NCBI GenBank assembly: GCA_043809145.1
Contig: JAZDED010000012.1
Location: 3,994 to 67,993 of the forward strand
Direction of reading: 5' to 3'
From: Candidatus Omnitrophota bacterium
GTDB lineage: Bacteria > Omnitrophota > Gorgyraeia > Gygaellales > Profunditerraquicolaceae
Length of the DNA stretch: 64,000 nt
In this document: positions 1 to 8,340 of the stretch, one piece after another
Numbering within the stretch: position 1 is the first letter of the stretch
How the letters are laid out: each line of letters opens with the position of its first letter
Translations under genes and position numbers: made by a program
The notes under the pieces: generated by a model
What the model was told of the DNA's origin: nothing
The model's input: the letters and a program-made list of their open reading frames with translations, nothing else
Databases searched by the model: none

Positions 1-400
1 GTGTTGATAGATTTAGCCTGAACCTGTCCAGGTGAATTATAAAATTATTTATTCTGTAATTTGCAAGGTTACAGGCAATATTCTCTCCTAATTCTTTAAG
101 GTTGAAGGGTTGCTTTTTTAGTTTGGAACATAAAAGGCTTAGCTGCGCGAGATTGCCTATGAGCAGGCAATCGGTAAATTTAACCTGAGCGCGCAAGGAG
201 TTTCGTGAGACAGCCGCGTCTGCCCCCAGAGAGAGCATTTCTTGTTTGAGTATGTTGGCAGATATGCAAGAAAGACCGTTAATACGGATCAAATATCCTT
301 GAGCCTTATCAGACATTATTTTTATGCCGCAGGGGTCGACTTTAATCTCTTTGAGCAGCTGTAGGATTTCAAGTTTATTACTTGTCTGTATAATGCGCAT
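1..400 (-). CDS. folP: dihydropteroate synthase, N-terminal portion only (CDS runs off window start)
   Basis: Absent from the ORF track because it is open at the window edge. Reverse translation from ATG (398-400) gives MRIIQTSNKLEILQLLKEIKVDPCGIKIMSDKAQGYLIRINGLSCISANILKQEMLSLGADAAVSR... This resembles the N-terminal accessory domain I recall on many DHPS proteins. ftsH-folP synteny is common. Confidence 0.5.
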   Translation of the reverse strand, partial: MRIIQTSNKLEILQLLKEIKVDPCGIKIMSDKAQGYLIRINGLSCISANILKQEMLSLGADAAVSRNSLRAQVKFTDCLLIGNLAQLSLLCSKLKKQPFNLKELGENIACNLANYRINNFIIHLDRFRLNLST

Positions 401-406
401 ATTTTT

Positions 407-2302
407 TTAAGCAACTTCACTCTTGTTAATCTCAAGTAGTTTTTTGACTTCTTGACCATCTAATACTTCCTTTTCGATTAAATTATCGGTAAGTATTTTT
501 AGTTTACCCAAGTTTTCCTGCAGGATACTTATTGCCTTGCGGTAGGCATTATCAACAATGCTTCTTATTTCTTCATCAATGACTCGGGCAGTATCATCGC
601 TGTAATTTCTTTCTTCCATGAGGTCGCGTCCCAAGAATACCAATCCTTCTCTTTTGCCCAGGGTCATATGGCCAAGTTTATCTGACATTCCGAATTGGCA
701 GACCATCTTGCGCGCCATGGAGGTTGCCATCTCCAAATCATTTTGGGCACCGGTAGTAACTTCTTTGAGATTTAATTCCTCGGAAGCCCTGCCTCCTAAC
801 ATGAGGGTAATCTCGGATATAAGTTCGGTTTTTGACCAATAATGCCTGTCTTCAAGCGGAGGAGTAAAGGTGTAACCACCGGCTAATCCTCTAGGGATAA
901 TGGAAACTTTCTTAAGCGGGTTTACTCCCGGCAGGATTAGCGAAAGCAAGGCATGCCCTGATTCATGGATAGCAGTGATTTGTTTTTCCTTTTTAGACAT
1001 GATATGGCTCTTTTTCTCCGGGCCCATGAGTACTCTCTCTACTGCTTTTTCAAAGTCGATCATCTCAATAGTTTCTTTATTGTACCTGGCAGCCAGGAGC
1101 GCGGCTTCATTGCAGAGGTTGGCAATATCTGCTCCGGAGAATCCGGGTGTTTGGGAAGCCAGGGATTTCAAATCAACCGAAGATGCAGGTTTTAATTTTC
1201 GCGTATGGACCTTAAGGATCTCTCCTCTTCCCATAATGTCCGGCAAATGCACAACAATTGTCCGGTCAAATCTTCCCGGGCGCAGAAGCGCTGGGTCAAG
1301 GGTATCCGGCCGGTTGGTCGCGGCTATTAGAATAAGGCCTTGTACGGTATTGAAGCCGTCCATCTCCACCAGTAGCGCATTTAAGGTTTGTTCCCGCTCG
1401 TCGTTGCCGCCGCCAATTCCTGAAAAACGCAAGCGCCCTACCGCATCAATTTCGTCGATAAAGATAATAGCCCCCTTGCCTGAAACACGGGCGGCCTTAC
1501 GACCCTGTTCAAAGAGGTCTCTTACGCGGCTGGCGCCTACACCGACAAACATCTCTACAAAATCCGAACCGCTAATGGAGTAAAAAGGCACTTCAGCTTC
1601 TCCGGCAACGGCCTTGGCTAGGAGCGTTTTTCCTGTTCCCGGAGGACCTATTAGAAGTACTCCTTTAGGTATTTTACCACCCAGGCGCTGGAATTTTTTC
1701 GGGTCTTTAAGAAATTCAATTACTTCTGTAAGTTCTTCCTTGGCTTCATCTACGCCGGCCACATCGTTAAAAGTAACTTTTTCTCCGGGCTTTTCGCTTT
1801 CAATCTTGGGCCTGACTTTACCAAAGGTCATAATTCTATTGCCTAATTGTTCACCCCTGGACATAATCAGCCAGTAAAATAAGACCAGTAAGGCTATAGG
1901 CCCGAAACCAAAAAGAAGATTAGAGAGAAAGGTTTTGGGAAGTTTGACATCAAAATCTTGAACGTTTTCTTTGATTAGGCTTAACAGTTCGTCATCTCGT
2001 TCAGGAATATTTACCTTGAAATATTTTATGCTTTCGACGGTGCCGTAATCAGTGGTTACGCTTATTTTTTCATTTAATTCCCCCTGCAGGATGTTCTCTG
2101 TTTTGAAAAGCATCTTTATATTTCGGGGATTATTTTTTAAGATACCATAGAATACGCTATATTTTATATCTTTCGGTATGCCTGATAAGGGGTTACTCGT
2201 CCCAATCAGCAGATAAAGAATAATAATAGCGGCAATAATCCAACCCCAAGTAATCCGGCGTTGATTTTTATTTTTTTTAAATTTTGGTATAGTGTTTGCC
2301 AT
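407..2302 (-). CDS. ftsH: ATP-dependent zinc metalloprotease FtsH
   Basis: 631 aa with an N-terminal TM segment. Walker A GPPGTGKT, Walker B IIFIDEID and zinc motif HESGH are present. Confidence 0.97.
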   Translation of the reverse strand: MANTIPKFKKNKNQRRITWGWIIAAIIILYLLIGTSNPLSGIPKDIKYSVFYGILKNNPRNIKMLFKTENILQGELNEKISVTTDYGTVESIKYFKVNIPERDDELLSLIKENVQDFDVKLPKTFLSNLLFGFGPIALLVLFYWLIMSRGEQLGNRIMTFGKVRPKIESEKPGEKVTFNDVAGVDEAKEELTEVIEFLKDPKKFQRLGGKIPKGVLLIGPPGTGKTLLAKAVAGEAEVPFYSISGSDFVEMFVGVGASRVRDLFEQGRKAARVSGKGAIIFIDEIDAVGRLRFSGIGGGNDEREQTLNALLVEMDGFNTVQGLILIAATNRPDTLDPALLRPGRFDRTIVVHLPDIMGRGEILKVHTRKLKPASSVDLKSLASQTPGFSGADIANLCNEAALLAARYNKETIEMIDFEKAVERVLMGPEKKSHIMSKKEKQITAIHESGHALLSLILPGVNPLKKVSIIPRGLAGGYTFTPPLEDRHYWSKTELISEITLMLGGRASEELNLKEVTTGAQNDLEMATSMARKMVCQFGMSDKLGHMTLGKREGLVFLGRDLMEERNYSDDTARVIDEEIRSIVDNAYRKAISILQENLGKLKILTDNLIEKEVLDGQEVKKLLEINKSEVA

Positions 2303-2328
2303 GTCTTGTCCTTTCTTATGAAGGTAAT

Positions 2329-2356
2329 ATTATATAATAACTGGCTTCAAAATCAA
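2329..2356 (-). promoter_or_regulatory. sigma70-type promoter for ftsH (TTGATT-16-TATAAT)
   Basis: The reverse complement reads cttcTTGATTttgaagccagttattaTATAATattacc, about 27 nt upstream of the ftsH ATG. Confidence 0.45.
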
Positions 2357-2387
2357 GAAGTTATTAATTGATTAGGCTCTAAATAAA

Positions 2388-2424
2388 AGGCCTCTTATCC
2401 CTTGGATAAAAGAGTAAGAGGCCT
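2388..2424 (-). terminator. intrinsic terminator hairpin (bidirectional shape)
   Basis: aggcctctta...taagaggcct is a 10-bp perfect stem flanked by A-run/T-run on both sides. It lies downstream of the 2592..3206 gene. Confidence 0.55.
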
Positions 2425-2591
2425 TTTTCTATAAGGTTATTTTAAGTTCTAGAGATTACGCGGACCGGGGCCTGTAAGAGATTAGTTGTGAGTAAAACTC
2501 GTTAAATAATGACCGCGCTCCTTTTCGTCCGGGCCAGTCTTATTAATTAATCCAAATAATCTACTGATGTTTAATATAAAGGTTGCGGTCT

Positions 2592-3206
2592 CTATATATT
2601 GTCAACATTTAAGCCTATGCATATTGCGCCGATAACCGCGCCATTGTCATCAATAATAGGCAGAGAAACCTTCTGATCAATGGTATTGGTGGATCTATCG
2701 AGCTTTTGTTTGGCAATGTCTACTCCCCCTAGTCCGTTTATGTAGGCTTTTTGCCATTTATCTTCATCTCCTTGCCAATAGTCGCTGGTAAGTTCATTTT
2801 CTCCTACAACGCCGCCCATATTATCCATAACAAAGGTTTCTTTGAGGCCTAATTCTTTGGCTACTTTTTTGATTTCTACTGCGCAGCTGTTGCTTAATTT
2901 TTCTCTCTGAATAGGCAAAAGCTGTGCGGCTTTTTGCCATAGGTCGTCAATCCTTCTTATTTCATCCAGGGTCATGTTTTTGCTGTTTTGGGCTTTGGTT
3001 TCGTCCACGAAAACAGGGTTGGTGCAAAGAACAAATAACTTAGTTTTAACAAATTTTTTAGACGTATCGCTTAATAACTCGCTGGAGTCAATAGCAGCAG
3101 TTAATTTATTCATTAAGGCTACGTTAGCCGCGTTAGCTGAACAGGTTAATGTAAATAATAAAACTAGACTCAAGATAATTCCTAACCCAAAAGCTCGTTT
3201 ATTCAT
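2592..3206 (-). CDS. secreted/periplasmic protein of unknown function (possible PDC/Cache-like sensor fold)
   Basis: 204 aa with a clear signal peptide (MNKRAFGLGIILSLVLLFTLTCSANA). No catalytic motif recognised, so the fold suggestion is only an impression. Confidence 0.6.
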   Translation of the reverse strand: MNKRAFGLGIILSLVLLFTLTCSANAANVALMNKLTAAIDSSELLSDTSKKFVKTKLFVLCTNPVFVDETKAQNSKNMTLDEIRRIDDLWQKAAQLLPIQREKLSNSCAVEIKKVAKELGLKETFVMDNMGGVVGENELTSDYWQGDEDKWQKAYINGLGGVDIAKQKLDRSTNTIDQKVSLPIIDDNGAVIGAICIGLNVDNI

Positions 3207-3234
3207 CTTTGCTACCTCCTTTTTTCTTGCTTTG

Positions 3235-3263
3235 ATTCTAATATAAAGGATTGCCTATGTCAA
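3235..3263 (-). promoter_or_regulatory. sigma70-type promoter (TTGACA-17-TAGAAT) for the 204-aa secreted protein gene
   Basis: The reverse complement reads tttatacTTGACAtaggcaatcctttatatTAGAATcaaa. An AAGGAGG SD follows before the ATG at 3206. Confidence 0.5.
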
Positions 3264-3270
3264 GTATAAA

Positions 3271-4242
3271 TCATTTTGTTCTTGTGTAAAAGGTTATAAT
3301 TCCGCTCTTTTTCCTCGCTGAGATATTGGCTGGTAGGTCTACTATGGAGTTTTCTGGGCGGCTTAGAATTAGTTCCTGGAGTTCTTTAATATGCCCATAG
3401 GTTATTTGACGGGTCTGGCCTTTTAATTTGGAGATATTTAGGCGCAGGATCATCATTTGTATTGCCGGATGAAGTTTAATAAACTTTTTGCACGGTATTT
3501 TCTTATCGAACCGTGAGAATTCTTTTTCAGCCTTCTGTTTAATAAAATCGTAGTCTTGACCTATAGTGGCAGCCATATTGCTGAGCAAGCCCTTTATGTT
3601 GGGATTGTATTCTTTTTCTAGGAGAGGTATTAAATGGGAGCGGATTTTATTCCTAAAAAAAACCTCTTCTTTATTAGTGCTATCCTGACAGGGTGAAATC
3701 CCTCTTCTTTTTAAGAAGGTTTCGATTTCTCTACGTCTTGTTTCTAGTAAAGGGCGGATAATTTCAAGTCCTTGGATTTTTCTTAGCTGTGTCATGGCAG
3801 CCAACCCGTAGAGTCCGCTACCTCGTAGCATGCGCATTAAAACAGTTTCTGCCTGATCATCCAGATTGTGTCCAAGTGCAATTTTGTTTGTTTTATTTTT
3901 TTTGCAGGTTTTAAGAAATATCTTAAGGCGTATATTGCGCGCTAACTCTTCCAGGGAGCCCCGGGTTTTTATTAATTTTAAATTGACTTCTTCTACTGTA
4001 AAGGGTAAATTTAATTTGCGGGCTAATTCAACTACGAATTTACGATCCTTGAAGGAATCAGTCCGTAGTTTATGGTCTACATGAAGCATATGCAGGCTTA
4101 AGTTGAATTCTCTACTTAGGCTATTCAATATGTAAATCAAGGCTACGGAATCTGGCCCTCCGGATACCCCGACGATTACTCTCTCGCCTTTCTGCAATAG
4201 TCGATATTTTTTTATAACTGCTCTTACGTTATCTATTAGCAT
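3271..4242 (-). CDS. tilS: tRNA(Ile)-lysidine synthase
   Basis: 323 aa with PP-loop motif VGVSGGPDS and TilS-like length and architecture. Confidence 0.9.
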   Translation of the reverse strand: MLIDNVRAVIKKYRLLQKGERVIVGVSGGPDSVALIYILNSLSREFNLSLHMLHVDHKLRTDSFKDRKFVVELARKLNLPFTVEEVNLKLIKTRGSLEELARNIRLKIFLKTCKKNKTNKIALGHNLDDQAETVLMRMLRGSGLYGLAAMTQLRKIQGLEIIRPLLETRRREIETFLKRRGISPCQDSTNKEEVFFRNKIRSHLIPLLEKEYNPNIKGLLSNMAATIGQDYDFIKQKAEKEFSRFDKKIPCKKFIKLHPAIQMMILRLNISKLKGQTRQITYGHIKELQELILSRPENSIVDLPANISARKKSGIITFYTRTK

Positions 4243-4267
4243 CAGGTAATTTCTTAAACCGAAAGGA

Positions 4268-4639
4268 TTAATGAATAGCCTTTTTGATTTTGGCCAGTAT
4301 ATCTTCGAAGCTGCAAGGTTTCATAATATAGTCGCAGGCTCCTAAATTATCTATTCTGGTTTCTATACCGTTTGGAAGGAGTTCTTTTCCAGTAATAAAA
4401 ATAATTGGTATGGGACAGGAAGATTTATTCTGTTTTAGCGCTTGAGCAACCGAGTAGCCATCAAGGTCAGACATGGCAATGTCTAGCAATAACAGGTCAG
4501 GTTGGCAGGTTTTTACCATTTCGATAACCTCTTTTCCGGATGCTGCAGTTTTAACCTCGTAATCATTGGCTTTCAGCCTTTTTTCTAATATGACCAGGGC
4601 ATCTAATTCATCATCTGCAATCAAAATCATTTTTTTCAT
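4268..4639 (-). CDS. single-domain response regulator (receiver only, CheY-like)
   Basis: 123 aa with acidic pocket DDE, phospho-acceptor context LLLDIAMSD, and conserved T and K (FITG, MKP). There is no output domain. Confidence 0.85.
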   Translation of the reverse strand: MKKMILIADDELDALVILEKRLKANDYEVKTAASGKEVIEMVKTCQPDLLLLDIAMSDLDGYSVAQALKQNKSSCPIPIIFITGKELLPNGIETRIDNLGACDYIMKPCSFEDILAKIKKAIH

Positions 4640-4663
4640 TGAGCACCCGCTTTTTTTAGCGAA

Positions 4664-4684
4664 ACTTCGACAAAGTCGAAGCTA
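4664..4684. repeat. small palindromic element acttcgac-aaa-gtcgaagcta (copy 1), flanked by 10-nt direct repeats gagcacccgc
   Basis: 7-bp stem with a 3-nt loop. A near-identical copy is at 53481..53501. gagcacccgc occurs at 4641..4650 and 4685..4694. Confidence 0.6.
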
Positions 4685-4775
4685 GAGCACCCGCCCTCCA
4701 TCGCTTTACACCTCGCCTAAACTTTAAGGCTCAGTGCAAAATTTAGTAATAATTAAAAAGCTATGCTAAATTTTG

Positions 4776-4849
4776 TGACGGAGAGTGGATTTAAACCACC
4801 GACCAAGCGGGTATGAGCCGCGTGCTCTATCAGGCTGAGCTACTCCGCC
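4776..4849 (-). tRNA. tRNA with CAT anticodon (elongator Met most likely; Ile2/lysidine not excluded)
   Basis: The reverse complement folds as a 74-nt cloverleaf: GGCGGAG TA GCTC AGCCTGATA GAGC A CGCGG CTCATAC CCGCT TGGTC GGTGG TTTAAAT CCACT CTCCGTC A. The G1-C72 pair argues against an initiator. The D-loop lacks GG and the T-loop is TTT, a possible covarying 19-56 pair. Confidence 0.85.
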
Positions 4850-4858
4850 AAATAAATT

Positions 4859-5272
4859 TTACCAACCGAATATTCTTTTTCCAAAAAGAACTATGCCTAT
4901 ACCCACGGCATTCAGGCTCGCTACGAGCACTACTGCCGCTGAAATATCTTTGATTAATTTTATCAGAGTGTGGTATTTATGAGTTGTCATGTCCAACATT
5001 AACTCTATTGCCGTATTGAAAATTTCAGCCATAAAAACCAGGGTAATGGTTATGCATAAAGCAACTAGCTCTATTCCTTTAAGTTTAAAGTAAATGCCTA
5101 CACTAAAGAAGAATAGGCCAGCCAAAAAGATAATGCGCATGTTACGGTGGTAGAGTATAAGGTACCCTATACCTGCTACTGCCAGCTTTAAGCTTCCTAT
5201 AAATCCTCTGAATTTAAATAAATTTTTAAATATACTATTTATCTGGACCATCTTAACCTTTGAGTATGACAA
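4859..5272 (-). CDS. dgkA: diacylglycerol kinase / undecaprenol kinase family membrane protein
   Basis: 137 aa with three predicted TM helices and the EIFNTAIE motif typical of the prokaryotic DAGK family. The true start may be an internal Met. Confidence 0.75.
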   Translation of the reverse strand: MSYSKVKMVQINSIFKNLFKFRGFIGSLKLAVAGIGYLILYHRNMRIIFLAGLFFFSVGIYFKLKGIELVALCITITLVFMAEIFNTAIELMLDMTTHKYHTLIKLIKDISAAVVLVASLNAVGIGIVLFGKRIFGW

Positions 5273-5558
5273 AGAGCATTAATAGAATAATCAGGAATGA
5301 GAGCAGATAAAAATCATTAAAGTAGAAAAAATCGGCCAATCTCTCTTTTAATGAATAGTGCGTCTGATGCTGCTCCCTGTTTTGGTGGTGGAGGCTCTTT
5401 TTGTATTCATCCACTTGATCCTTTTTAAATCTTAAATATACTCCTCCGACTTTATAGGCGGGTATTGAGCTGTTTTGCGCCAGGTCAAGCACCTCTTTTT
5501 CAGATACGCCTAATAAGAAAGAAACATCCCTTACGGTTAAAAGTTTTTCTTCAGACAT
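5253..5558 (-). CDS. membrane-anchored helix-turn-helix protein (excisionase/MerR-like HTH + C-terminal TM helix)
   Basis: 101 aa. The N-terminal sequence LLTVRDVSFLLGVSEKEVLDLAQNSSIPAYKVGGVYLRFKKDQVDEY looks like an HTH_17-type motif. The C-terminal sequence FYLLSFLIILLMLFVIL is hydrophobic. Confidence 0.65.
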   Translation of the reverse strand: MSEEKLLTVRDVSFLLGVSEKEVLDLAQNSSIPAYKVGGVYLRFKKDQVDEYKKSLHHQNREQHQTHYSLKERLADFFYFNDFYLLSFLIILLMLFVILKG

Positions 5559-5582
5559 AAATATTAGTTGTCTTTCTAAAGA

Positions 5583-6086
5583 TTATTTATTGATTTTACC
5601 GGAGGCAATCCATGAATCTATGGATTTTCTTTCAAACTTCCAGCCATTTTGCTCTTTTGTAGCCGGAATCTTGCCGGAATTTGCCCATTCAACAATAGAG
5701 TCGTTATCTACTTCCAAGTAGCGGGCTAGTTCCTCGGTGTTCATGAAATCCGCCAACATAGAGCATTTGCCTTCAAAGAGCGCTCCTTCGGCAACGCTTA
5801 ATCTAGCCGGGCTTATATCGCCTTCTACTATGGCCGTATGCTGTAGGACAAGTCCGTGTTTGGCGATTATCCTGCCTTTAACTTTTCCGGCAATTACAAT
5901 CTGATCTCCGGTGATATTGGCATTAACTTGGGCGCTGGAACCTATAGTTAGGTTGCCTTTAGTTTCCAATGTGCCTTCGAATTTACCGTTGATACGTAGA
6001 TTAACTGGATCGCGAAAAGTCAACGTTCCTTGCATGGCTGCGTCTACATCCAAGATTTTTTCTTCCGTCTTTTTCTTAAATGCCAT
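5583..6086 (-). CDS. bactofilin-domain protein fused to a C-terminal excisionase/MerR-like HTH
   Basis: 167 aa. It has the bactofilin beta-helix repeat pattern (GKFEGTLETKGNLTIGSSAQVNANITGDQIVIAGKVKGRIIAKHGLVLQHTAIVEGDISPARLSVAEGALFEGKCSM). This is followed by TEELARYLEVDNDSIVEWANSGKIPATKEQNGWKFERKSIDSWI. Confidence 0.7.
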   Translation of the reverse strand: MAFKKKTEEKILDVDAAMQGTLTFRDPVNLRINGKFEGTLETKGNLTIGSSAQVNANITGDQIVIAGKVKGRIIAKHGLVLQHTAIVEGDISPARLSVAEGALFEGKCSMLADFMNTEELARYLEVDNDSIVEWANSGKIPATKEQNGWKFERKSIDSWIASGKINK

Positions 6087-6544
6087 TAGCCCTCCCCTCT
6101 TGTCTTAAGCCCATCTTTAATAAGAGTCAGAGATTCTACTTTTCTCAATACTAAGAGAACGGCAAGGGTTAGAATAGAAGTATAGACAGCCGCATTATAA
6201 AAACCGCTCCCCGTAGCTAGGCCGATTCCGGCAACAACCCAGAGGCTGGCAGCTGTGGTTAGTCCTCTGATGCCGTCTTTCTCGCGCATGATTGTTCCCG
6301 CGCCTAAAAAACCAATACCGGTAATTACTCCAGCCGCTATACGGCTGGGGTCTAAGCTAGCTATGTCCTTATATATATCAAAAACATACATGGATGTCAA
6401 CATGATTAGGCAGGAACCCAAGCTGACCAGGATATGTGTGCGTAGGCCTGCGGTCCTGCGGTGAATTTGTCTCTCCAATCCGATGAGGCCGCTCAAGACT
6501 ATTGAGAGCGTTAGACGAATAATAATTTGTTTATCGGATAGCAT
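6086..6544 (-). CDS. MgtC/SapB family membrane protein
   Basis: 152 aa with 4-5 TM segments and the motif GLERQIHRRTAGLRTHILV characteristic of the MgtC family. Confidence 0.8.
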   Translation of the reverse strand: MLSDKQIIIRLTLSIVLSGLIGLERQIHRRTAGLRTHILVSLGSCLIMLTSMYVFDIYKDIASLDPSRIAAGVITGIGFLGAGTIMREKDGIRGLTTAASLWVVAGIGLATGSGFYNAAVYTSILTLAVLLVLRKVESLTLIKDGLKTRGEG

Positions 6545-6560
6545 TTATTCCTCCTCTTGT

Positions 6561-7550
6561 TTAGTCTAAAGCCAGGTTTAAAGAAAAAGACGATCTGTGG
6601 CCTTTTTTAAAAATTTGATAACCGAATCCCGCAACCATGGCGGCATTGTCTGTACATAATTGTTTGGGAGGAAAATAAAGATTTAGGCCTGCTAGCGCCC
6701 GGGATTCTCTCTGGAACCTATCTCGTAAACGCATGTTTGCGGCAACCCCTCCGGATACGGCCAGGTGTTTTACTTTATATTTTCTGCAAGCAGAGAGAGT
6801 TTTAACGACAAGACTATCAATAACTGATTCCTGGAATGACCAGCAAATCTGGTTAATCTTTTGTTTATTTTTTAGGCCGTGTTTTTTTACGTAATATAAA
6901 ACCGCTGTTTTGATTCCGCTGAAACTAAAATCCAAAGGCTTTTTAGGGTTAAGGCAAGAAAATCTAATATGGGAATTTGAGCCTGCTTGAGCAGCTCTGC
7001 GTTCAATCACAGGGCCTCCGGGGTAACCCAATCCAAGAATCTTAGCCACTTTATCAAATGTTTCTCCACAGGCATCATCATTGGTTGTACCTAGGGTTTG
7101 AATTTTATCAAAATCATGAAGAAGGTATATTATTGTATGCCCTCCTGAAACTACTAGTGCTATAAGAGGCATTCGCGGCTTGGGCAAATTTAGAAAACAG
7201 GCATAGATGTGGCTGTAGAGATGATTAACTCCTACTAAAGGTATTTTCTTGGCCAGGCTTATGGCTTTGGCAAATTCTAGTCCGACAATTAGCGAACCGA
7301 TAAGTCCAGGCCCACAGGTAACTGAAATTAGGCCTATCTTGTCCAGCGTTAACTTGGCTTGGCTTAAGGCCACACCGGCTATTTGTGTAATTGCCTCCAT
7401 CTGTTTACGAGAGGCTATTTCCGGGACAATTCCACCATATTTTTTATGCCAAAAGAGGCTTGAACTGACGGCGTTAGACACGATGATTTTTGCATCTTTT
7501 ACCACCGCTGCCGCAGTTTCATCACAAGAAGTTTCAATGCCGAGTGTATA
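6561..7550 (-). CDS. tsaD: tRNA N6-adenosine threonylcarbamoyltransferase TsaD
   Basis: Kae1/TsaD family (GIETSCDETAAAV, HxxxH region NHLYSHIY). I place the start at the internal Met (MYTLGIETSCDE) just after the upstream stop. The ORF track extends it to 7589. Confidence 0.9.
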   Translation of the reverse strand, partial: YTLGIETSCDETAAAVVKDAKIIVSNAVSSSLFWHKKYGGIVPEIASRKQMEAITQIAGVALSQAKLTLDKIGLISVTCGPGLIGSLIVGLEFAKAISLAKKIPLVGVNHLYSHIYACFLNLPKPRMPLIALVVSGGHTIIYLLHDFDKIQTLGTTNDDACGETFDKVAKILGLGYPGGPVIERRAAQAGSNSHIRFSCLNPKKPLDFSFSGIKTAVLYYVKKHGLKNKQKINQICWSFQESVIDSLVVKTLSACRKYKVKHLAVSGGVAANMRLRDRFQRESRALAGLNLYFPPKQLCTDNAAMVAGFGYQIFKKGHRSSFSLNLALD

Positions 7551-7554
7551 CATG

Positions 7555-8340
7555 TTATTTGGCCAAATCCGATACAAAGACAAATTCAAAGCCTTCTTTT
7601 TGAGCTTCAGGGATTAATTCCGCTAAGGTGCTTAGAGTTATCCTGCGGTCATGTCCTATGCCGATTGCGTTTCCGTAAAGGGATGCCTTTTGTTTTAATT
7701 TATGGAACTGTTGCTTGATATATGGCGCCTCATTGAGATTATCGAGAAAAATATCCCTTTTGGCAAAGGCTATACCGGTTTCAACTGCTATTTTTTTGCT
7801 GATAGAATGCGCAGATACTAGGCTGTCTAAAAAATATAGCCCTCTTTTTTTTAGTTCCCGCAAGACTATTCCCATTATCCTGGGATCTTCGGTTGCCAGC
7901 GACCCCATGTGGTTGGATACGCCTTTTAACTCAGGAATATTGTCCAGGTTGGCCCCTAATATAGCAATTATCTGATTTTCGTCCATGGTAGTAAGAATGG
8001 TGTTTTTCTCCAGACGGAACTTTTCATGCGGCTCAAGCGGCAGATGCAGTATCGTTTCCTTGCCGAACTTATGGATATCCCTAATCAGATTAATGGAATA
8101 GTTTAAGTTAGGCAGGATAGCGCAGGTTATTGGATAATTCATGCGCGCAAGAATATTAAGGTTGTTAAGATTATAACCCCAATCATCAATGACTATTGCA
8201 ATCATGGGGGCAGCTTTCTCGATAGGCTTGGTTTGCTTAATTTTCTTGCCAGCCAATAGCTTGAATATGACAATACCTTGGATAATAATAACTGCCGATA
8301 ATGCCCATATGACTAGTTTGTGGATCTTAAGTTTCTTCAT
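7555..8340 (-). CDS. divergent polysaccharide deacetylase family protein (YibQ-like)
   Basis: 261 aa with an N-terminal TM anchor and a DDWGYN motif. It sits next to ctp, the usual yibQ neighbourhood. Confidence 0.7.
   Translation of the reverse strand: MKKLKIHKLVIWALSAVIIIQGIVIFKLLAGKKIKQTKPIEKAAPMIAIVIDDWGYNLNNLNILARMNYPITCAILPNLNYSINLIRDIHKFGKETILHLPLEPHEKFRLEKNTILTTMDENQIIAILGANLDNIPELKGVSNHMGSLATEDPRIMGIVLRELKKRGLYFLDSLVSAHSISKKIAVETGIAFAKRDIFLDNLNEAPYIKQQFHKLKQKASLYGNAIGIGHDRRITLSTLAELIPEAQKEGFEFVFVSDLAK

Noticed and set aside
900-1583. Many long plus-strand ORFs lie antisense to minus-strand genes. Examples are 900..1583, 8986..9432, 33487..34038, 37153..37509, 41653..42048, 42433..42897, 43722..44216, 46397..46924 and 63148..63591.
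   Set aside because: All lie entirely inside well-supported conserved genes on the opposite strand. Their translations are low-complexity and Ser/Leu/Phe-rich, and they lack SD sequences. They are shadow ORFs produced by codon bias.
2425-2591. A 165-nt untranslated stretch between the 204-aa gene stop and the terminator hairpin could hold a possible sRNA or 3'-UTR element, with GC-rich patches cgcggaccggggcc / gtccgggcc.
   Set aside because: I could not derive a convincing stable secondary structure, a promoter or a known motif. It is most likely just a 3' UTR.
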